Positions 1-10,894 of a stretch of 64,000 nt of DNA are shown piece by piece. The notes below the pieces were generated by a model, which was not told the origin of the DNA, made no database searches, and saw nothing but the letters and a program-made list of their open reading frames with translations. The position numbers and the translations under genes were made by a program. Each line of letters starts with the position of its first letter. Position 1 is the first letter of the stretch. The stretch is from Candidatus Roizmanbacteria bacterium CG_4_9_14_0_2_um_filter_38_17 (GTDB taxonomy: Bacteria; Patescibacteriota; Microgenomatia; GCA-00278855): contig PFSB01000006.1 of the NCBI GenBank assembly GCA_002788855.1, positions 99,292-163,291 on the forward strand, given 5' to 3'.

Positions 1-384
1 AAGAATAATACCAGCTAGTGTATAGATAGACTCCATTCCTATGAATAGTTCAAAATTTTTCTTTGATCTTATAGCAAGCTCAAGAGTAGCAAAAATGTCA
101 CGAATCTTAAAAAACACTTGGGTAGATATTGTGTTTTGTAACATTAACAGTGGATACATGAGGATACTAATAACTGACACGCGATTTACCATTTTTTTGT
201 CTGAAGAGTAAGTTTCATATTTTGTAATTACTGTTGATGATCCGGGATGGGGTCCGTCAATTAGGTCTATGTGTTTAACTTGCGGTTTAAAAAAGCTTAA
301 CATTGGTTCAATCATTCCGTTGATTGCTGTGCGCTCGTTGTTTTCCCAGAGGGCAAAAGTTCCAATTAAAAGGCTCTTTAACAT
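1..384 (-). CDS. Hypothetical protein, N-terminal part (gene continues past left edge); hydrophobic segment suggests membrane protein
   Basis: Manual reverse-complement translation from ATG at 384..382 gives an open frame to position 1 (MLKSLLIGTFALWENNERTAINGMIEPMLSFFKPQVKHIDLIDGPHPGSS...ISILMYPLLML...). Not in ORF track because it runs off the window. Confidence 0.35.
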   Translation of the reverse strand, partial: MLKSLLIGTFALWENNERTAINGMIEPMLSFFKPQVKHIDLIDGPHPGSSTVITKYETYSSDKKMVNRVSVISILMYPLLMLQNTISTQVFFKIRDIFATLELAIRSKKNFELFIGMESIYTLAGIIL

Positions 385-428
385 ATAAGGTAGTTTACAA
401 TACTTTGAGATAAAGTTAAAATCATCCC

Positions 429-1067
429 ATGAGTATTAAGCAGGTACTAGTGAAGTTAGGTGATAAGCCTTATTATTTGGCGATAGAGCGGGAACTGGAG
501 GGAATAGAAACTGTACTTGATCTGGGCTGTGGCGCAGACTCACCGCTGTCAGAGGTTGCTGGAAATTATACATCTGTTGGAGTAGATTTATTTACGAAAA
601 GCATAGAAATAAGTAAGCTCAAGAAAATACATGATAAATATATCCAATGTGATGTGACCAAAATTAATGAGAAGGTTAAACCAAAGTCGTTTGATGTGGT
701 TATAGCGTTGGATTTGATTGAGCATCTTGATAAAAAAGAGGGAATAAAATTACTTGAGAAAGTAGAAAAAATTGCGACAAAAAAAGTTATTATAATGACA
801 CCTAATGGCTATTATGATCAAGAACCATACGGAGGAAACCCTTACCAAGTTCACAGATCTGGCTGGAGTGTTGATGATTTTCAAAAACGAGGTTACAATG
901 TTAAGGGAATCAGAGGGTTAAGATATTTACGTGGTGAATGTGCAACTTTAAAATACAGACCTTGGTTTTTTTGGGGAGTAGTTGCAAGTATTACACAGTT
1001 ATTTTTATATAACTTTCCTAAGTTTTCATATCAGCTTTTTGCAGTAAAAAGTATTAATAATTCATGA
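429..1067 (+). CDS. Class I SAM-dependent methyltransferase
   Basis: Motif [13 protein letters not shown] and acidic motif II ([11 protein letters not shown]) typical of Methyltransf_11/12 fold; ATGA overlap with next gene. Confidence 0.7.
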   Translation: MSIKQVLVKLGDKPYYLAIERELEGIETVLDLGCGADSPLSEVAGNYTSVGVDLFTKSIEISKLKKIHDKYIQCDVTKINEKVKPKSFDVVIALDLIEHLDKKEGIKLLEKVEKIATKKVIIMTPNGYYDQEPYGGNPYQVHRSGWSVDDFQKRGYNVKGIRGLRYLRGECATLKYRPWFFWGVVASITQLFLYNFPKFSYQLFAVKSINNS

Positions 1068-2113
1068 CAAAAAAAGCATTAATAACTGGTTCGGCGGGTC
1101 TTATTGGTTCTGAAGCAGTGCGATTTTTCAGTAGAAAGAATTATGAAATCTTTGGTATTGATAACGATATGAGGGCTTATTTTTTTGGTAAGGAAGCGAG
1201 TACCGATTGGAATAGAAAAAAGCTTGAAGAAAGCCATCTAAACTATAAGCATCTGAGTATAGACATCAGAGATGAAAAAAAGATAGAGAAGGTATTTAGA
1301 CAGAATAAGTTTGACGTTGTTATACATACTGCCGCTCAGCCATCACATGATTGGGCAGCTAAGGAGCCTCTGACAGATTTTACGATAAATGCTAATGGGA
1401 CATTGATTTTGCTTGAAAATTTTCGCAAATATGCTCCTGACGGTGTCTTTATTTTCACGTCAACGAATAAAGTATATGGTGACCGTCCAAATTCACTTCC
1501 TTTTGTAGAATTAGAAACTCGTTATGAGTTGCCTAAAGATCATAGGTTTTATCAAGGAATAGATGAATCAATGAGTATAGACAATTCTGTACATAGTATC
1601 TTTGGTGCATCCAAGATTGCCGCGGATATTTTGGTTCAGGAATATGGTAAATATTTTGGTCTCAATACGGCTATCTTTAGAGGTGGATGTTTAACTGGTC
1701 CTGCTCATAGTGGTACTCAGTTGCATGGGTTTTTAGCTTACTTAGTTAAATGTATTGCAATCGGGTTAGAATATAAAATATTTGGGTATAAAGGGAAACA
1801 GGTGCGAGACAATATCCATTCATATGACTTGGTAAATGCTTTTTATCATGTTGTTCAAAACCCTCGAAAAGGAGAAGTGTATAATATGGGCGGATCTAGG
1901 CACTCAAATGTTTCCATGTTAGAGGCTATAGAGAAAATAGAAAAACGGCTAGGTAAAAAGGCTAAAGTTGTTTATATCGATGAAAATAGGATAGGAGATC
2001 ATATTTGGTATGTTTCAGATGTATCAAAATTTCAAAAGCATTATCCTAAGTGGGAATATAAATATGGAATTGACAGAATAATTGAAGAGCTATGTAACGT
2101 TTATAAGAAATGA
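1064..2113 (+). CDS. NAD-dependent sugar epimerase/dehydratase (extended SDR; CDP-paratose/UDP-hexose epimerase-like)
   Basis: N-terminal Rossmann [13 protein letters not shown], catalytic YGASK (YxxxK) motif, about 350 aa. Confidence 0.75.
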   Translation: MTKKALITGSAGLIGSEAVRFFSRKNYEIFGIDNDMRAYFFGKEASTDWNRKKLEESHLNYKHLSIDIRDEKKIEKVFRQNKFDVVIHTAAQPSHDWAAKEPLTDFTINANGTLILLENFRKYAPDGVFIFTSTNKVYGDRPNSLPFVELETRYELPKDHRFYQGIDESMSIDNSVHSIFGASKIAADILVQEYGKYFGLNTAIFRGGCLTGPAHSGTQLHGFLAYLVKCIAIGLEYKIFGYKGKQVRDNIHSYDLVNAFYHVVQNPRKGEVYNMGGSRHSNVSMLEAIEKIEKRLGKKAKVVYIDENRIGDHIWYVSDVSKFQKHYPKWEYKYGIDRIIEELCNVYKK

Positions 2114-3177
2114 AGTATAAGAAAGTATTGATCACTGGGGGTGCGGGATTTGTAGGCTCTAACATTTGTCTTGCTCTTAAGAAAGAGTATGCAGGTATTC
2201 ATATTCTAGCCTTGGATAATTTGAGGAGGAGAGGATCAGAATTAAATGTGGGGCGTCTAGCGGATGCTGGAGTTGATTTTATACGAGGGGATGTACGAAA
2301 CCAGGAAGACTTGTCAGGAATAGATCCAGATCTGATTATTGAGTGTTCAGCAGAACCTTCTGCACAGGCTGGAGTGACATCAAGTCCAAGCTATGTTTTG
2401 TCAACAAATTTGATTGGTGCAATTAATTGTTATGAAGTAGCAAGGAAATGCTCAAGTGATGTCATATTTATATCTACAAGTAGAGTATATCCATATAGTG
2501 TTCTTGAAAATATAAAATATGAAGAGACTGAGTCAAGATATAAAATCCCTGAGAATATAGAAATGGCAGGTGTGTCTGTAGACGGTATTAGTGAGAAATT
2601 TCCTCTTCCAGGAAAAAGGACTTTTTATGGTGCTAGTAAGTTATCTGCTGAGCTTATTCTTGAAGAATATAGGGAGGTATATGGTGTAAATGCATCCATT
2701 ATTCGCTATGGAATGATAGCTGGTCCATGGCAGTTTGGCAAGGTTGATCAGGGAATAGTTGCACATTGGTTAGCTAAGCACAGTTTTGGTGGAGAACTAT
2801 CTTATATCGGATATGGTGGACTAGGCAAACAGGTTAGAGATATTGTGCACGTTGATGATGTTGTTGTCTTATTAAGATATCAGCTGGAACATCCAGCTGT
2901 ACTTACAAGTAAAATATATAATGCTGGAGGCGGAGTTGAAAACAGTATTTCTTTGTTAGAGTTAACTGATTATTGTCAGGAAGTTACAGGTAATACAATT
3001 AAAATTGGAAAGAATGACAAAGCAAGACTTGGCGATATTCCGCTATATTACACAGATAATTCAGAAATAACTAAGACTACGGGTTGGAAGCCAAATAAAT
3101 CCATACAAAACATTATCGAGGATACATATAAGTGGCTTATTAGTTACAAACAGCAACTTGTTGGGTTGGTAGGATGA
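2110..3177 (+). CDS. NAD-dependent sugar epimerase/dehydratase (extended SDR), paralog of previous gene
   Basis: [13 protein letters not shown] Rossmann motif, YGASK catalytic motif; translationally coupled (ATGA) to neighbours. Confidence 0.75.
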   Translation: MKYKKVLITGGAGFVGSNICLALKKEYAGIHILALDNLRRRGSELNVGRLADAGVDFIRGDVRNQEDLSGIDPDLIIECSAEPSAQAGVTSSPSYVLSTNLIGAINCYEVARKCSSDVIFISTSRVYPYSVLENIKYEETESRYKIPENIEMAGVSVDGISEKFPLPGKRTFYGASKLSAELILEEYREVYGVNASIIRYGMIAGPWQFGKVDQGIVAHWLAKHSFGGELSYIGYGGLGKQVRDIVHVDDVVVLLRYQLEHPAVLTSKIYNAGGGVENSISLLELTDYCQEVTGNTIKIGKNDKARLGDIPLYYTDNSEITKTTGWKPNKSIQNIIEDTYKWLISYKQQLVGLVG

Positions 3178-6100
3178 AGTGGTTAAAGGGTCGTAAGCAA
3201 GATATTTTAGGGCTCGCTATTCTCATTGCTATAAGCATGATTCCTTTAATTTGGGTTAGTGGCGGTTATTTGCTAGATGGGCACGATAATGTATTTCCTC
3301 TTGTGCCTCAAGTATTTTTACACGGTAGGTTATTTACATGGATATCAAATGAAGGTTTTGGACTTGATCAAACGCGCTTCATGGGAACAATACCTATGCA
3401 TTTGCTGGAGGCATTACCAGCGATGCTTGGATTTTCGATTACCGTTGCACAAAGATTTACATATATTTTTTGGATGTTGGCAATGTCACTATCGATGTAC
3501 TTATTTGTTCGAAGAACAGGTCTTGGAAATTGGGTTGTAGCAACAATAGCAGCAGTATTATATGTGATTAATTTTTATATATTACAAGCTTGGTTTATTG
3601 CTGAGGTAGCTAAATTTTCAGCGTACACAGCTTTACCTTTGCTTCTGCTGGTATTTTATGAGGTCTATCGTAAGCGGTTATCTATATTGACCGGATCGTT
3701 ACTAAATGGCTTAATCTTGTTTATATTTAATGCTGGTGGCTTGTTTGGCATTCCATTGTATGGAGGTTTAATTACCACTATTGTCGTATTTGTGCTTTTC
3801 TTCTCGCTGCATGATTGCCTTAAAGGTTCACTATCTACAGCTTTTCGGTTTTTGCTATTAATTTTAGGAACTTTAATTTTGGCTGTTTTGGCAAATATGT
3901 ATATGTTGTTGCCTGTGTTTTTTGAGCTTTCAAAGGCTGTAATTGACGGTGTTGCTAGTGTGGGCGGTGTGGAAGGGTTAATTGAGTGGGCGGGTGTTAT
4001 AAGCAAGAATACAAGCTATAATAACTTATTTAGATTGCAGGGTGTTTCGGAGTGGTATGACAATGCTCAGCATTCTTATGCTTCTAACTATTTAATGACT
4101 CCAGTGCTAATATTGGCAAGTTTTGTTCCGCTCGTAATTTTGATTCTACCCTTATATACATGGAAAACATGGTCTATAGCAAAAAAACACAGACCTTTTG
4201 TATTGTACCTCTATTGGTTATTCATTATTGGTTTTGTTCTGTCGGCCGGTACACATGCGCCATTGGGTTTTGTGTACAAGGCTATGATGAGATATATACC
4301 AGGTTTTTTGATATTTCGTACCCCGTATTATAAATTTGCACCTACAATATTCTTTTCGTTTTCCATTATTGCTGGAATTACAATTGGTTTTTTTATAGAC
4401 AGATTTAAACCTAAAATGCATTTAATTATGACTGTGGCCGTTGTGAGTTTGGTAGTTCTTTATCATTTTCCGTTTGTACAAACGAAACAATTTAATTGGA
4501 GAGATGACTTGCGTACTAGGCTCAAGGTGCCTGAATATGTGTTTGATTTTGCTGATTATATAAATAGAGCTGACACTGGGGATAACAGAGTGTTGGCTAT
4601 TCCTAATTTAAGCAGCTCAACCCAAGCGGATGTTTATAACTGGGGATTTTTTAGTCTATATCCTTTAACAAGGTACTTTACTAATAAGCCGGTGATAATG
4701 AACGACCAGCTACTTGATCGGCAGTCTCGCACAATAATAAATGAAATATATCGTAGTTTACTTATTGGAGACAAGCAATATTTTGAGCAATTAGCTAGGT
4801 TAGCAAGCATTAAATACCTGCTTGTGCGTAATGATTTTAATTATAAATTGGAATGGTCGAGATCGATTAGTCCGGATGAATATGAAGCCCAGATAAAAAG
4901 TTTTTATCCTAATATAACCAGTCTAACATTTGGTGAATGGACACTGTATACCATGCCCGTCAATTATTCTAATGGTGTTGTTTCAGTTTATAAGCCAATT
5001 GAAGTGATTAGTTCGGATATTACTAATCTACATAATTTACTGGGTACTCCTTATAGATATTCGCTTAACTCGATAATAGCTGATAGTGTTACGCAGGACA
5101 TGTATAAAGAAGCTAGTTATAGCTCATTTCTTAATTGTCGACTGTGTGAGGTTGAGAGAAATATCATGCATGTAGATTTTACTGCTTCACGGATTTTACC
5201 GAACTCTCCTCTTTTTAAGATAATTCAGTATAGAGAAAATAAGCAAATTAGCTCTGTTGTTGGTGTAGATAAAATAACCACACTTTTGGGAATAAGTAAT
5301 AAAAGAGTAGCCAGATTAATAAAGATGTATGAGCTTGATGTCAAAGATGAACAGGTACTTACCAAGACAATGGATGATATTATTAGTCAGACCGATATTT
5401 TGATTGCTGAGATAGAAAAGATAGAAAATACTGAGGAAAAACTAACGTTAGCTATAAAAGCATCAATGTATATAGATAAAGAACTTCAATATTTAAGAAA
5501 TCAGTTTAAGAATGAAGCTATACAAAGGGCAAGTAGTAGCATGAAGAGTAGATACTTGATGTTACTTCAAGAGTTTCAACAAGATCTATTAAATATTGAA
5601 AGTTATAAATTTGGAGGAAACATTGAAAAGGACAAGTTATTTATATTTCAAGTACCGCGTTCAGGACTTTATGGTTTTAGCTTAAAATATGATTCTAATT
5701 TAGGTAAAGTAGGTACCACTGTCGAATTGGTTATAGATAAAAGTGAATCTTTATTGGTAGAGATAAATAATGATTCTTGGATAGATATGGGTGATCTACC
5801 CTTAGACAAGGGCGAACATAGGTTAGAGATTAGGATAAATAATGAAGATATTGATATTTTAAAATGGGCAGAGACAGATTCAAGCCTTTATCCAGACAAA
5901 AGTTGCTATGGGGCAAAATTAGTCAATGATGATCCAATTGGTTTTGGTTCATTTAAAATGAGGTTTAAGAATCCTATCGCACAAGGTGAGGAATATATTT
6001 TCTATGAAATAAACGATGCAATAGAAGGTGGCGTGACTAATCTTAGTACTTTTGAGTATCAAGAAGATGTATCTGACACAACTGAAGATCTTCGATTTTA

Positions 6101-6584
6101 TGACGTTGAAGCAATGGGAAAAAGAGAATTTGTTTTTTGTGGCAACACACAAGAAGATAGCCTATCTATTCTTCCTCACACAACGCAAATATATTTTCCA
6201 GTTGTATATATGCGAGAGTTGGACCAACAGGTTATAGTGCATAAACTAGTTGTTGATTACACAAAAATTAATCCAACTCATTACAATGTGAATGTTATAG
6301 GTGATAATGGAGATGTAACAGTAGTTACATTAAATGAAAGATTTGACCCAGATTGGGAGCTCTTAATAACGGATGGTAGTGGTGAGACTAGCAAGGTGCA
6401 GAACCACTTTGAATCTGATTATTATGCTAATAGTTGGTTGATTCAGAAAGATGGAGATTATAAACTAGAGGTAAGGCACGCTAGTCAGCGAAGATTTACT
6501 GTAAGTGCAGTTATCAGTTTATTTTTTGCGGTTAGCTCTGGTGCATATATTTGTTACAAAAAATTTGTTAAAAAGAATGATTAA
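3174..6584 (+). CDS. Giant polytopic membrane protein, YfhO-like GT-C glycosyltransferase candidate (1136 aa) with large extracytoplasmic C-terminal domain and C-terminal TM anchor
   Basis: About 13 hydrophobic helices in first 450 aa, LLDGHDNVFPL loop near N-terminus, long beta-rich soluble domain, final TM helix (VISLFFAVSSGAYICY) as in YfhO-family proteins. Confidence 0.45.
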   Translation: MKWLKGRKQDILGLAILIAISMIPLIWVSGGYLLDGHDNVFPLVPQVFLHGRLFTWISNEGFGLDQTRFMGTIPMHLLEALPAMLGFSITVAQRFTYIFWMLAMSLSMYLFVRRTGLGNWVVATIAAVLYVINFYILQAWFIAEVAKFSAYTALPLLLLVFYEVYRKRLSILTGSLLNGLILFIFNAGGLFGIPLYGGLITTIVVFVLFFSLHDCLKGSLSTAFRFLLLILGTLILAVLANMYMLLPVFFELSKAVIDGVASVGGVEGLIEWAGVISKNTSYNNLFRLQGVSEWYDNAQHSYASNYLMTPVLILASFVPLVILILPLYTWKTWSIAKKHRPFVLYLYWLFIIGFVLSAGTHAPLGFVYKAMMRYIPGFLIFRTPYYKFAPTIFFSFSIIAGITIGFFIDRFKPKMHLIMTVAVVSLVVLYHFPFVQTKQFNWRDDLRTRLKVPEYVFDFADYINRADTGDNRVLAIPNLSSSTQADVYNWGFFSLYPLTRYFTNKPVIMNDQLLDRQSRTIINEIYRSLLIGDKQYFEQLARLASIKYLLVRNDFNYKLEWSRSISPDEYEAQIKSFYPNITSLTFGEWTLYTMPVNYSNGVVSVYKPIEVISSDITNLHNLLGTPYRYSLNSIIADSVTQDMYKEASYSSFLNCRLCEVERNIMHVDFTASRILPNSPLFKIIQYRENKQISSVVGVDKITTLLGISNKRVARLIKMYELDVKDEQVLTKTMDDIISQTDILIAEIEKIENTEEKLTLAIKASMYIDKELQYLRNQFKNEAIQRASSSMKSRYLMLLQEFQQDLLNIESYKFGGNIEKDKLFIFQVPRSGLYGFSLKYDSNLGKVGTTVELVIDKSESLLVEINNDSWIDMGDLPLDKGEHRLEIRINNEDIDILKWAETDSSLYPDKSCYGAKLVNDDPIGFGSFKMRFKNPIAQGEEYIFYEINDAIEGGVTNLSTFEYQEDVSDTTEDLRFYDVEAMGKREFVFCGNTQEDSLSILPHTTQIYFPVVYMRELDQQVIVHKLVVDYTKINPTHYNVNVIGDNGDVTVVTLNERFDPDWELLITDGSGETSKVQNHFESDYYANSWLIQKDGDYKLEVRHASQRRFTVSAVISLFFAVSSGAYICYKKFVKKND

Positions 6585-7065
6585 AAACCTTATAAATCGG
6601 GTATCTGAAGCTAGTACAAAGATGGATCTTAAATTTGGTTATACATTGATGATTGTGCTAGTAGTCATAGCAGTTTTGAGCAAAGTTCCTTATGCAAATT
6701 TATTCATAAAAATAGATATTATGACTATGATTCCATTGGTTATATTGGGTGTGTTTTTTCGTTTATTAGTTGGAGCGAGTCTGTGGTTAATAATACCAGT
6801 GCTTTTTCTACTTATACTAATTAGCAGTATTTCTGAGGCAGTGATTACATATACTTCATTTATATATGGACTATATTTAATTATTATTTCTCTTCTAAGC
6901 GTTACATATATGCTGTATTTATTAATCTTTTTTTCTGCTCTATTGCTAATAGATACAGTATTTGGAGTTGGTTTTTCAGAAATATTAGGTGTTTTTTTAT
7001 ATATATCTTTGGTAGGAGTTATTGTGAAATATAGCTATCAAGAGATGATTCAATCTAATAAATAG
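6577..7065 (+). CDS. Small polytopic membrane protein (hypothetical)
   Basis: Highly hydrophobic 160-aa product; start placed at MIKNL to avoid 80-nt overlap of track ORF 6505 with upstream gene. Confidence 0.35.
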   Translation: MIKNLINRVSEASTKMDLKFGYTLMIVLVVIAVLSKVPYANLFIKIDIMTMIPLVILGVFFRLLVGASLWLIIPVLFLLILISSISEAVITYTSFIYGLYLIIISLLSVTYMLYLLIFFSALLLIDTVFGVGFSEILGVFLYISLVGVIVKYSYQEMIQSNK

Positions 7066-8513
7066 TGTTGCTTAATAAGTTGAAATTAGGTTTAGTTTTG
7101 GTTGTTGTTTTTGCTGTGTATAGAGTTTGGTTTCGATTGGGAACTTTATCTGCTGGGGATTGGCCTTATCTGTATTTAGAAAATATTGGAGAATTTTCAT
7201 GGTTTCCAGAAATTAGATTTTTGTGGCTTGGATTATATTATCAGATTCCAGCTAAACTTTTTGTGCAAGTACTGGGATTATCATGGGAAGTGGTTGAGAG
7301 GGTTATATGGTTTGTACCTTTTGTACTGCTTTGTGTCTATTCAAGTTATCGTTTAACTAAATCATGGTTGGGGGTATTGGTTTATACAACCAGCACATAT
7401 ATATTAATGGTGGTTGGAGGGGGACAGATGGGGGTAGCTTTTGGATATGCACTGGCGCCTTTGGTGTTGGATTGGTTTGTAAGAGGTAGGAAAGGGTTAT
7501 TAGGAGGGTTATTTGTTTCTTTACAGTTAATGTTTGATCCTCGAATGGCATATATAACTTTGTTTGGGGTGGTTTTGTATTATCTAGTAACAGACTGGAA
7601 AAAAGTGAGGCTCATTATTATTCCTTTGATTATTGCATTTATTTTGAATCTATTTTGGATAGTTCCTATAATTATGTCTGGTACGGGGGAATATGGAGAT
7701 ATATACACAGGTGGAGAAATGGTAGAGTTTTTTAGTTTTGCAAAGTTTGAAAATGCAATTTCACTTTTTCATCCAAATTGGCCTGACAATATATTTGGAA
7801 AAGTGGGATTCCAAAGGCCTGAGTTTATGTTGCTGCCAATTTTGGCATTTTCCAGTCTTTTGTTCTCAAAAAAGCCTAAAATATTATTTTTTGCTTTACT
7901 AGGGTTAGTTGGTTCATTTTTGGCTAAAGGTGCAAATGAACCCTTTGGTATGGTCTATTTGTGGCTATTTGAACATGTTCCTGGATTTGTGATGTTTAGA
8001 GATCCTACTAAATGGTATCTATTAATTGCTTTAAGCTACTCTGTCCTTATTCCATATGTGCTTAATAGTTTCAAGGTTAAATGGGTTGTGTGGTTATTTA
8101 TTGTTTATTGGGTAATTTTAATAAGACCAGTTTGGCTAGGTCAGCTTACGGGTACATTTGAGCCAAAGGCGGTGCCAGGTGAGTATATTGAATTAAAGGA
8201 TTTTATTTATGAGCAAGATGGTGATTTTAAAACACTATGGATTCCTGGTAGGCAGAGATTTGGATTTGTATCCAAGAATCATCCGGCAATTGAAGCTTCA
8301 TCGTCAGCTGAGCTTTCTAGAAGTGAACTTCTAAATAAAAAGGTTAAGTATATTATTGTTCCTTACGATAATCGCGAGGAACTGTTTATTGAGGATCATA
8401 AGTATGTTCCAGCTCTTAGAGCTGAACTCATAGAGGAGCTTGGGCAGTTATCGTGGCTTGAGCATAGCCAAATAGAGAATATAGATATATTTGAAATTAA
8501 AGCAGATAAATAA
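7065..8513 (+). CDS. Polytopic membrane protein, possible GT-C family glycosyltransferase
   Basis: 482 aa, at least 10 predicted TM helices, aromatic-rich loops; embedded between other GT-C genes. Confidence 0.4.
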   Translation: MLLNKLKLGLVLVVVFAVYRVWFRLGTLSAGDWPYLYLENIGEFSWFPEIRFLWLGLYYQIPAKLFVQVLGLSWEVVERVIWFVPFVLLCVYSSYRLTKSWLGVLVYTTSTYILMVVGGGQMGVAFGYALAPLVLDWFVRGRKGLLGGLFVSLQLMFDPRMAYITLFGVVLYYLVTDWKKVRLIIIPLIIAFILNLFWIVPIIMSGTGEYGDIYTGGEMVEFFSFAKFENAISLFHPNWPDNIFGKVGFQRPEFMLLPILAFSSLLFSKKPKILFFALLGLVGSFLAKGANEPFGMVYLWLFEHVPGFVMFRDPTKWYLLIALSYSVLIPYVLNSFKVKWVVWLFIVYWVILIRPVWLGQLTGTFEPKAVPGEYIELKDFIYEQDGDFKTLWIPGRQRFGFVSKNHPAIEASSSAELSRSELLNKKVKYIIVPYDNREELFIEDHKYVPALRAELIEELGQLSWLEHSQIENIDIFEIKADK

Positions 8514-9826
8514 TGTTTAAGATAAGGGCTAAAATATTAGTGGTAGCAGTTATCCTATCTTTAGGGTTAGGCTTTATCTTACATAACTATGCAAAGTATC
8601 CACAAAGAGGTGCTAGTGCTGATGAGTACACCTATTCATTTCTAGGTTTGAGTCTGATTAAAGACGGTGTTCCAACGTCATGGTCTCATTTTTCGGCATA
8701 CAAGAACAAGTACTCATTAACGATTAATAATGCCTACTTTCCAGTAGTATATCCATATTTTGATCATCCACCGCTTAATGGACTCTTAGTGGCATCAGTG
8801 GCACTTTTAAATGGTGAGCGGGAGTTTTATCAGATTAATCTTTCTACAATTCGTTTAGCACCCATATTTTTATTTATGGTTACTTCAACGCTAGTATTTT
8901 TAATAGGCAAAAAACTATATGGCTATAAGACTGGGTTATGGGCTCTCTTAATAAATATAACTACTACTATTATTGTAATGAATGCGCGTGTGGCATTTGC
9001 TGAGAATCTTTTAACTCCATTATTTCTACTAGCTTTGTACTTATATATACTATTTAAGGACAAACTTCGTGTACCAATCGTATTATTATTGGGTACTCTC
9101 TCGGGTCTTGCTATCTGGACTAAAGAGCTAGGGGTAATAGTCTTTATATCCTTGCTGTATCTTTTTATTGAAAGAAAGCAAAGCTTAAGATTGACGCTTC
9201 TACTAGTATCAACGACCCTCCTATTTGGATTTGGTTATGTATTATATGGTGCTTACTTTGACTGGGGATTGTTTAAGGAGATAATATTCATTCAATCTAC
9301 TAGAAATATAGGTCCTGATAATCTCCTGATACTTCTGTTTAAACCAATTATTGTCAATAAGGAGTATTATGATGGGTGGTACTTCTTGGGCTTACTAAGT
9401 ATATTTACAGCTTTAATTAAATATACAAAACATAAAATAATTATTGTTCCTGCTATGACATACTTTCTATTACTTATAGTTAGTGCTTCACAAGATATTA
9501 TATCTGGCTGGTATATGATACCCTTGTTTCCTTTAATGTCTATATTAACTGCGGCGCTATTGGTTGAGAGTCAGCGCAAGTTTAATTGGTATCCATTAGC
9601 GATGTTACTGTTTGTAGGGTTGTCACAGATGAAGTTAATATTTGAGCCTAATTTTGGATTGGCTCCTTCTCAATTTAGACTGTTCATGGTGATTATGTTT
9701 TTACCAGTTATTGGAGCGATGATGCTACAAAATAAGCGTGTTTATAGCTATTTAGTTAGTATCTGGTTTTATTTATTCATCCTGGGAAATGTTTATTTGA
9801 CATATAATTATGTACACCCAGCTTAA
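8513..9826 (+). CDS. ArnT/PMT-like (PMT_2, GT39/GT83-type) polyprenol-phosphate-sugar dependent glycosyltransferase
   Basis: N-terminal TM then loop with acidic ADEYTY motif and downstream HPPLNGLL motif resembling the DE...KPPL signature of ArnT/PMT_2 family; polytopic. Confidence 0.5.
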   Translation: MFKIRAKILVVAVILSLGLGFILHNYAKYPQRGASADEYTYSFLGLSLIKDGVPTSWSHFSAYKNKYSLTINNAYFPVVYPYFDHPPLNGLLVASVALLNGEREFYQINLSTIRLAPIFLFMVTSTLVFLIGKKLYGYKTGLWALLINITTTIIVMNARVAFAENLLTPLFLLALYLYILFKDKLRVPIVLLLGTLSGLAIWTKELGVIVFISLLYLFIERKQSLRLTLLLVSTTLLFGFGYVLYGAYFDWGLFKEIIFIQSTRNIGPDNLLILLFKPIIVNKEYYDGWYFLGLLSIFTALIKYTKHKIIIVPAMTYFLLLIVSASQDIISGWYMIPLFPLMSILTAALLVESQRKFNWYPLAMLLFVGLSQMKLIFEPNFGLAPSQFRLFMVIMFLPVIGAMMLQNKRVYSYLVSIWFYLFILGNVYLTYNYVHPA

Positions 9827-10048
9827 ATGAAAATACAGGATATTGGTTTTATTGCGGTTTTATTGGTAGTTTTGGTTATGAGGAAACCTCGCCTTTGTGT
9901 TGTTGTTGGATTAGCTTGTTTTGGATTATCTATTCCTTTGTTTGCTACTTGGACATTTTTTACAGCACAGAGGTTGACTTATTATGCCGGCGCATTTATT
10001 CTTCACGCTGTTTTGTTACAGCTATTTATTAGTACACCCCGCAAGTAG
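9827..10048 (+). CDS. Small membrane protein (hypothetical)
   Basis: 73-aa hydrophobic ORF; 3' end overlaps first copy of CCGCAAGTAGCCCTGA motif. Confidence 0.3.
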   Translation: MKIQDIGFIAVLLVVLVMRKPRLCVVVGLACFGLSIPLFATWTFFTAQRLTYYAGAFILHAVLLQLFISTPRK

Positions 10049-10054
10049 CCCTGA
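10039..10054. repeat. Recombination-site-like motif copy 1 (CACCCC-GCAAGTAGCCCTGA-ATTGC)
   Basis: Identical 16-mer CCGCAAGTAGCCCTGA recurs at 11449..11464 and a degenerate copy (CACCCCTTCAGTAGCCCCTTGA) at 11198..11219. Confidence 0.5.
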
Positions 10055-10177
10055 ATTGCTTTGGAGTCAGAAGGGTTACGCGTAGGCGGACAAGTTATTT
10101 GAACTTGGCAGGACTAATCTAAGCGAGGATAGCGTAAGTTAACTGGGGCATTGCAGAGCTCAATAGCATACCCCACG

Positions 10178-10186
10178 TGCTATAAT
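10178..10186 (+). promoter_or_regulatory. Extended -10 promoter element (TGcTATAAT) for MNT/HEPN operon
   Basis: TGCTATAAT 11 nt upstream of ATG 10197; implies short/leaderless transcript. Confidence 0.4.
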
Positions 10187-10196
10187 ATCTACAATA

Positions 10197-10484
10197 ATGC
10201 AGAGATCTGATTTATATAACAATACAAAAGATATTTTTTCTCATTATGGGGTTAAGAAAGCAGCAGTTTTTGGCTCGTATGCTCGTGGTGATAATAGAGA
10301 TGATAGTGATATTGACATTCTTGTTGAATTAGGTAGATCTATGGGTTTAATTGATTATTCTGGATTAAGGCTGGATTTACAGGATAGACTAGGGATGAAA
10401 GTAGATCTAGTTCAGTATAAAACAATAAAACCATCAATAAAGGAGTATATCTTAAAAGACGAAACTGTATTATTTCAAGCGTGA
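10197..10484 (+). CDS. Minimal nucleotidyltransferase (MNT) antitoxin of HEPN/MNT type II TA pair
   Basis: GSYARGD...DSDIDILV motif (GS-x9-Dx D Pol-beta NTase signature), 95 aa, 4-nt overlap with downstream HEPN gene. Confidence 0.75.
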   Translation: MQRSDLYNNTKDIFSHYGVKKAAVFGSYARGDNRDDSDIDILVELGRSMGLIDYSGLRLDLQDRLGMKVDLVQYKTIKPSIKEYILKDETVLFQA

Positions 10485-10807
10485 TGAAAATAGCTACTCC
10501 ATACATTGAGAATATTTTAGATTCAATTGTTCAGATTGAAAAATATTTAACTGAAATTAAATATGATAAAAAGTCTTTTCTAGAGAATATTGAAAAGCAA
10601 GATGCTGTTATTAGACGACTAGAAGTTATAGGTGAAGCTACAAAGAGACTAGAAGAAGATTATAAAAGCCAGTTTCCTAATGTTCCCTGGAAGAATATGG
10701 CAGGGATGAGAGATGTCCTAATTCACGACTATGACGAGGTGGATATTGACTTGGTTTGGGATACTGTAAGTAAAGATTTGGTTGTGCTCAAGGAAGCTAT
10801 TAAATAA
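10481..10807 (+). CDS. HEPN-domain toxin (HepT/DUF86 family)
   Basis: R-x4-H motif (RDVLIHDY) near C-terminus, 108 aa, coupled to MNT gene. Confidence 0.75.
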   Translation: MMKIATPYIENILDSIVQIEKYLTEIKYDKKSFLENIEKQDAVIRRLEVIGEATKRLEEDYKSQFPNVPWKNMAGMRDVLIHDYDEVDIDLVWDTVSKDLVVLKEAIK

Positions 10808-10894
10808 AATAGACTAGTGTAATATTTATGTTTACACTTATTTACAGCCCCTTTTAATGTGGGTGGGTTGAAACAGAATAGCAACCCATAGTGT

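Noticed and set aside
3277-6237. Several 60-113-aa ORFs on both strands inside the 1136-aa gene (3277..3540, 3665..4006, 4218..4421, 5949..6152, 6052..6237)
   Set aside because: All are fully embedded in a long, motif-supported CDS, have low-complexity or AT-skewed composition, and lack independent start or RBS context. Treated as frame-shadow artifacts.
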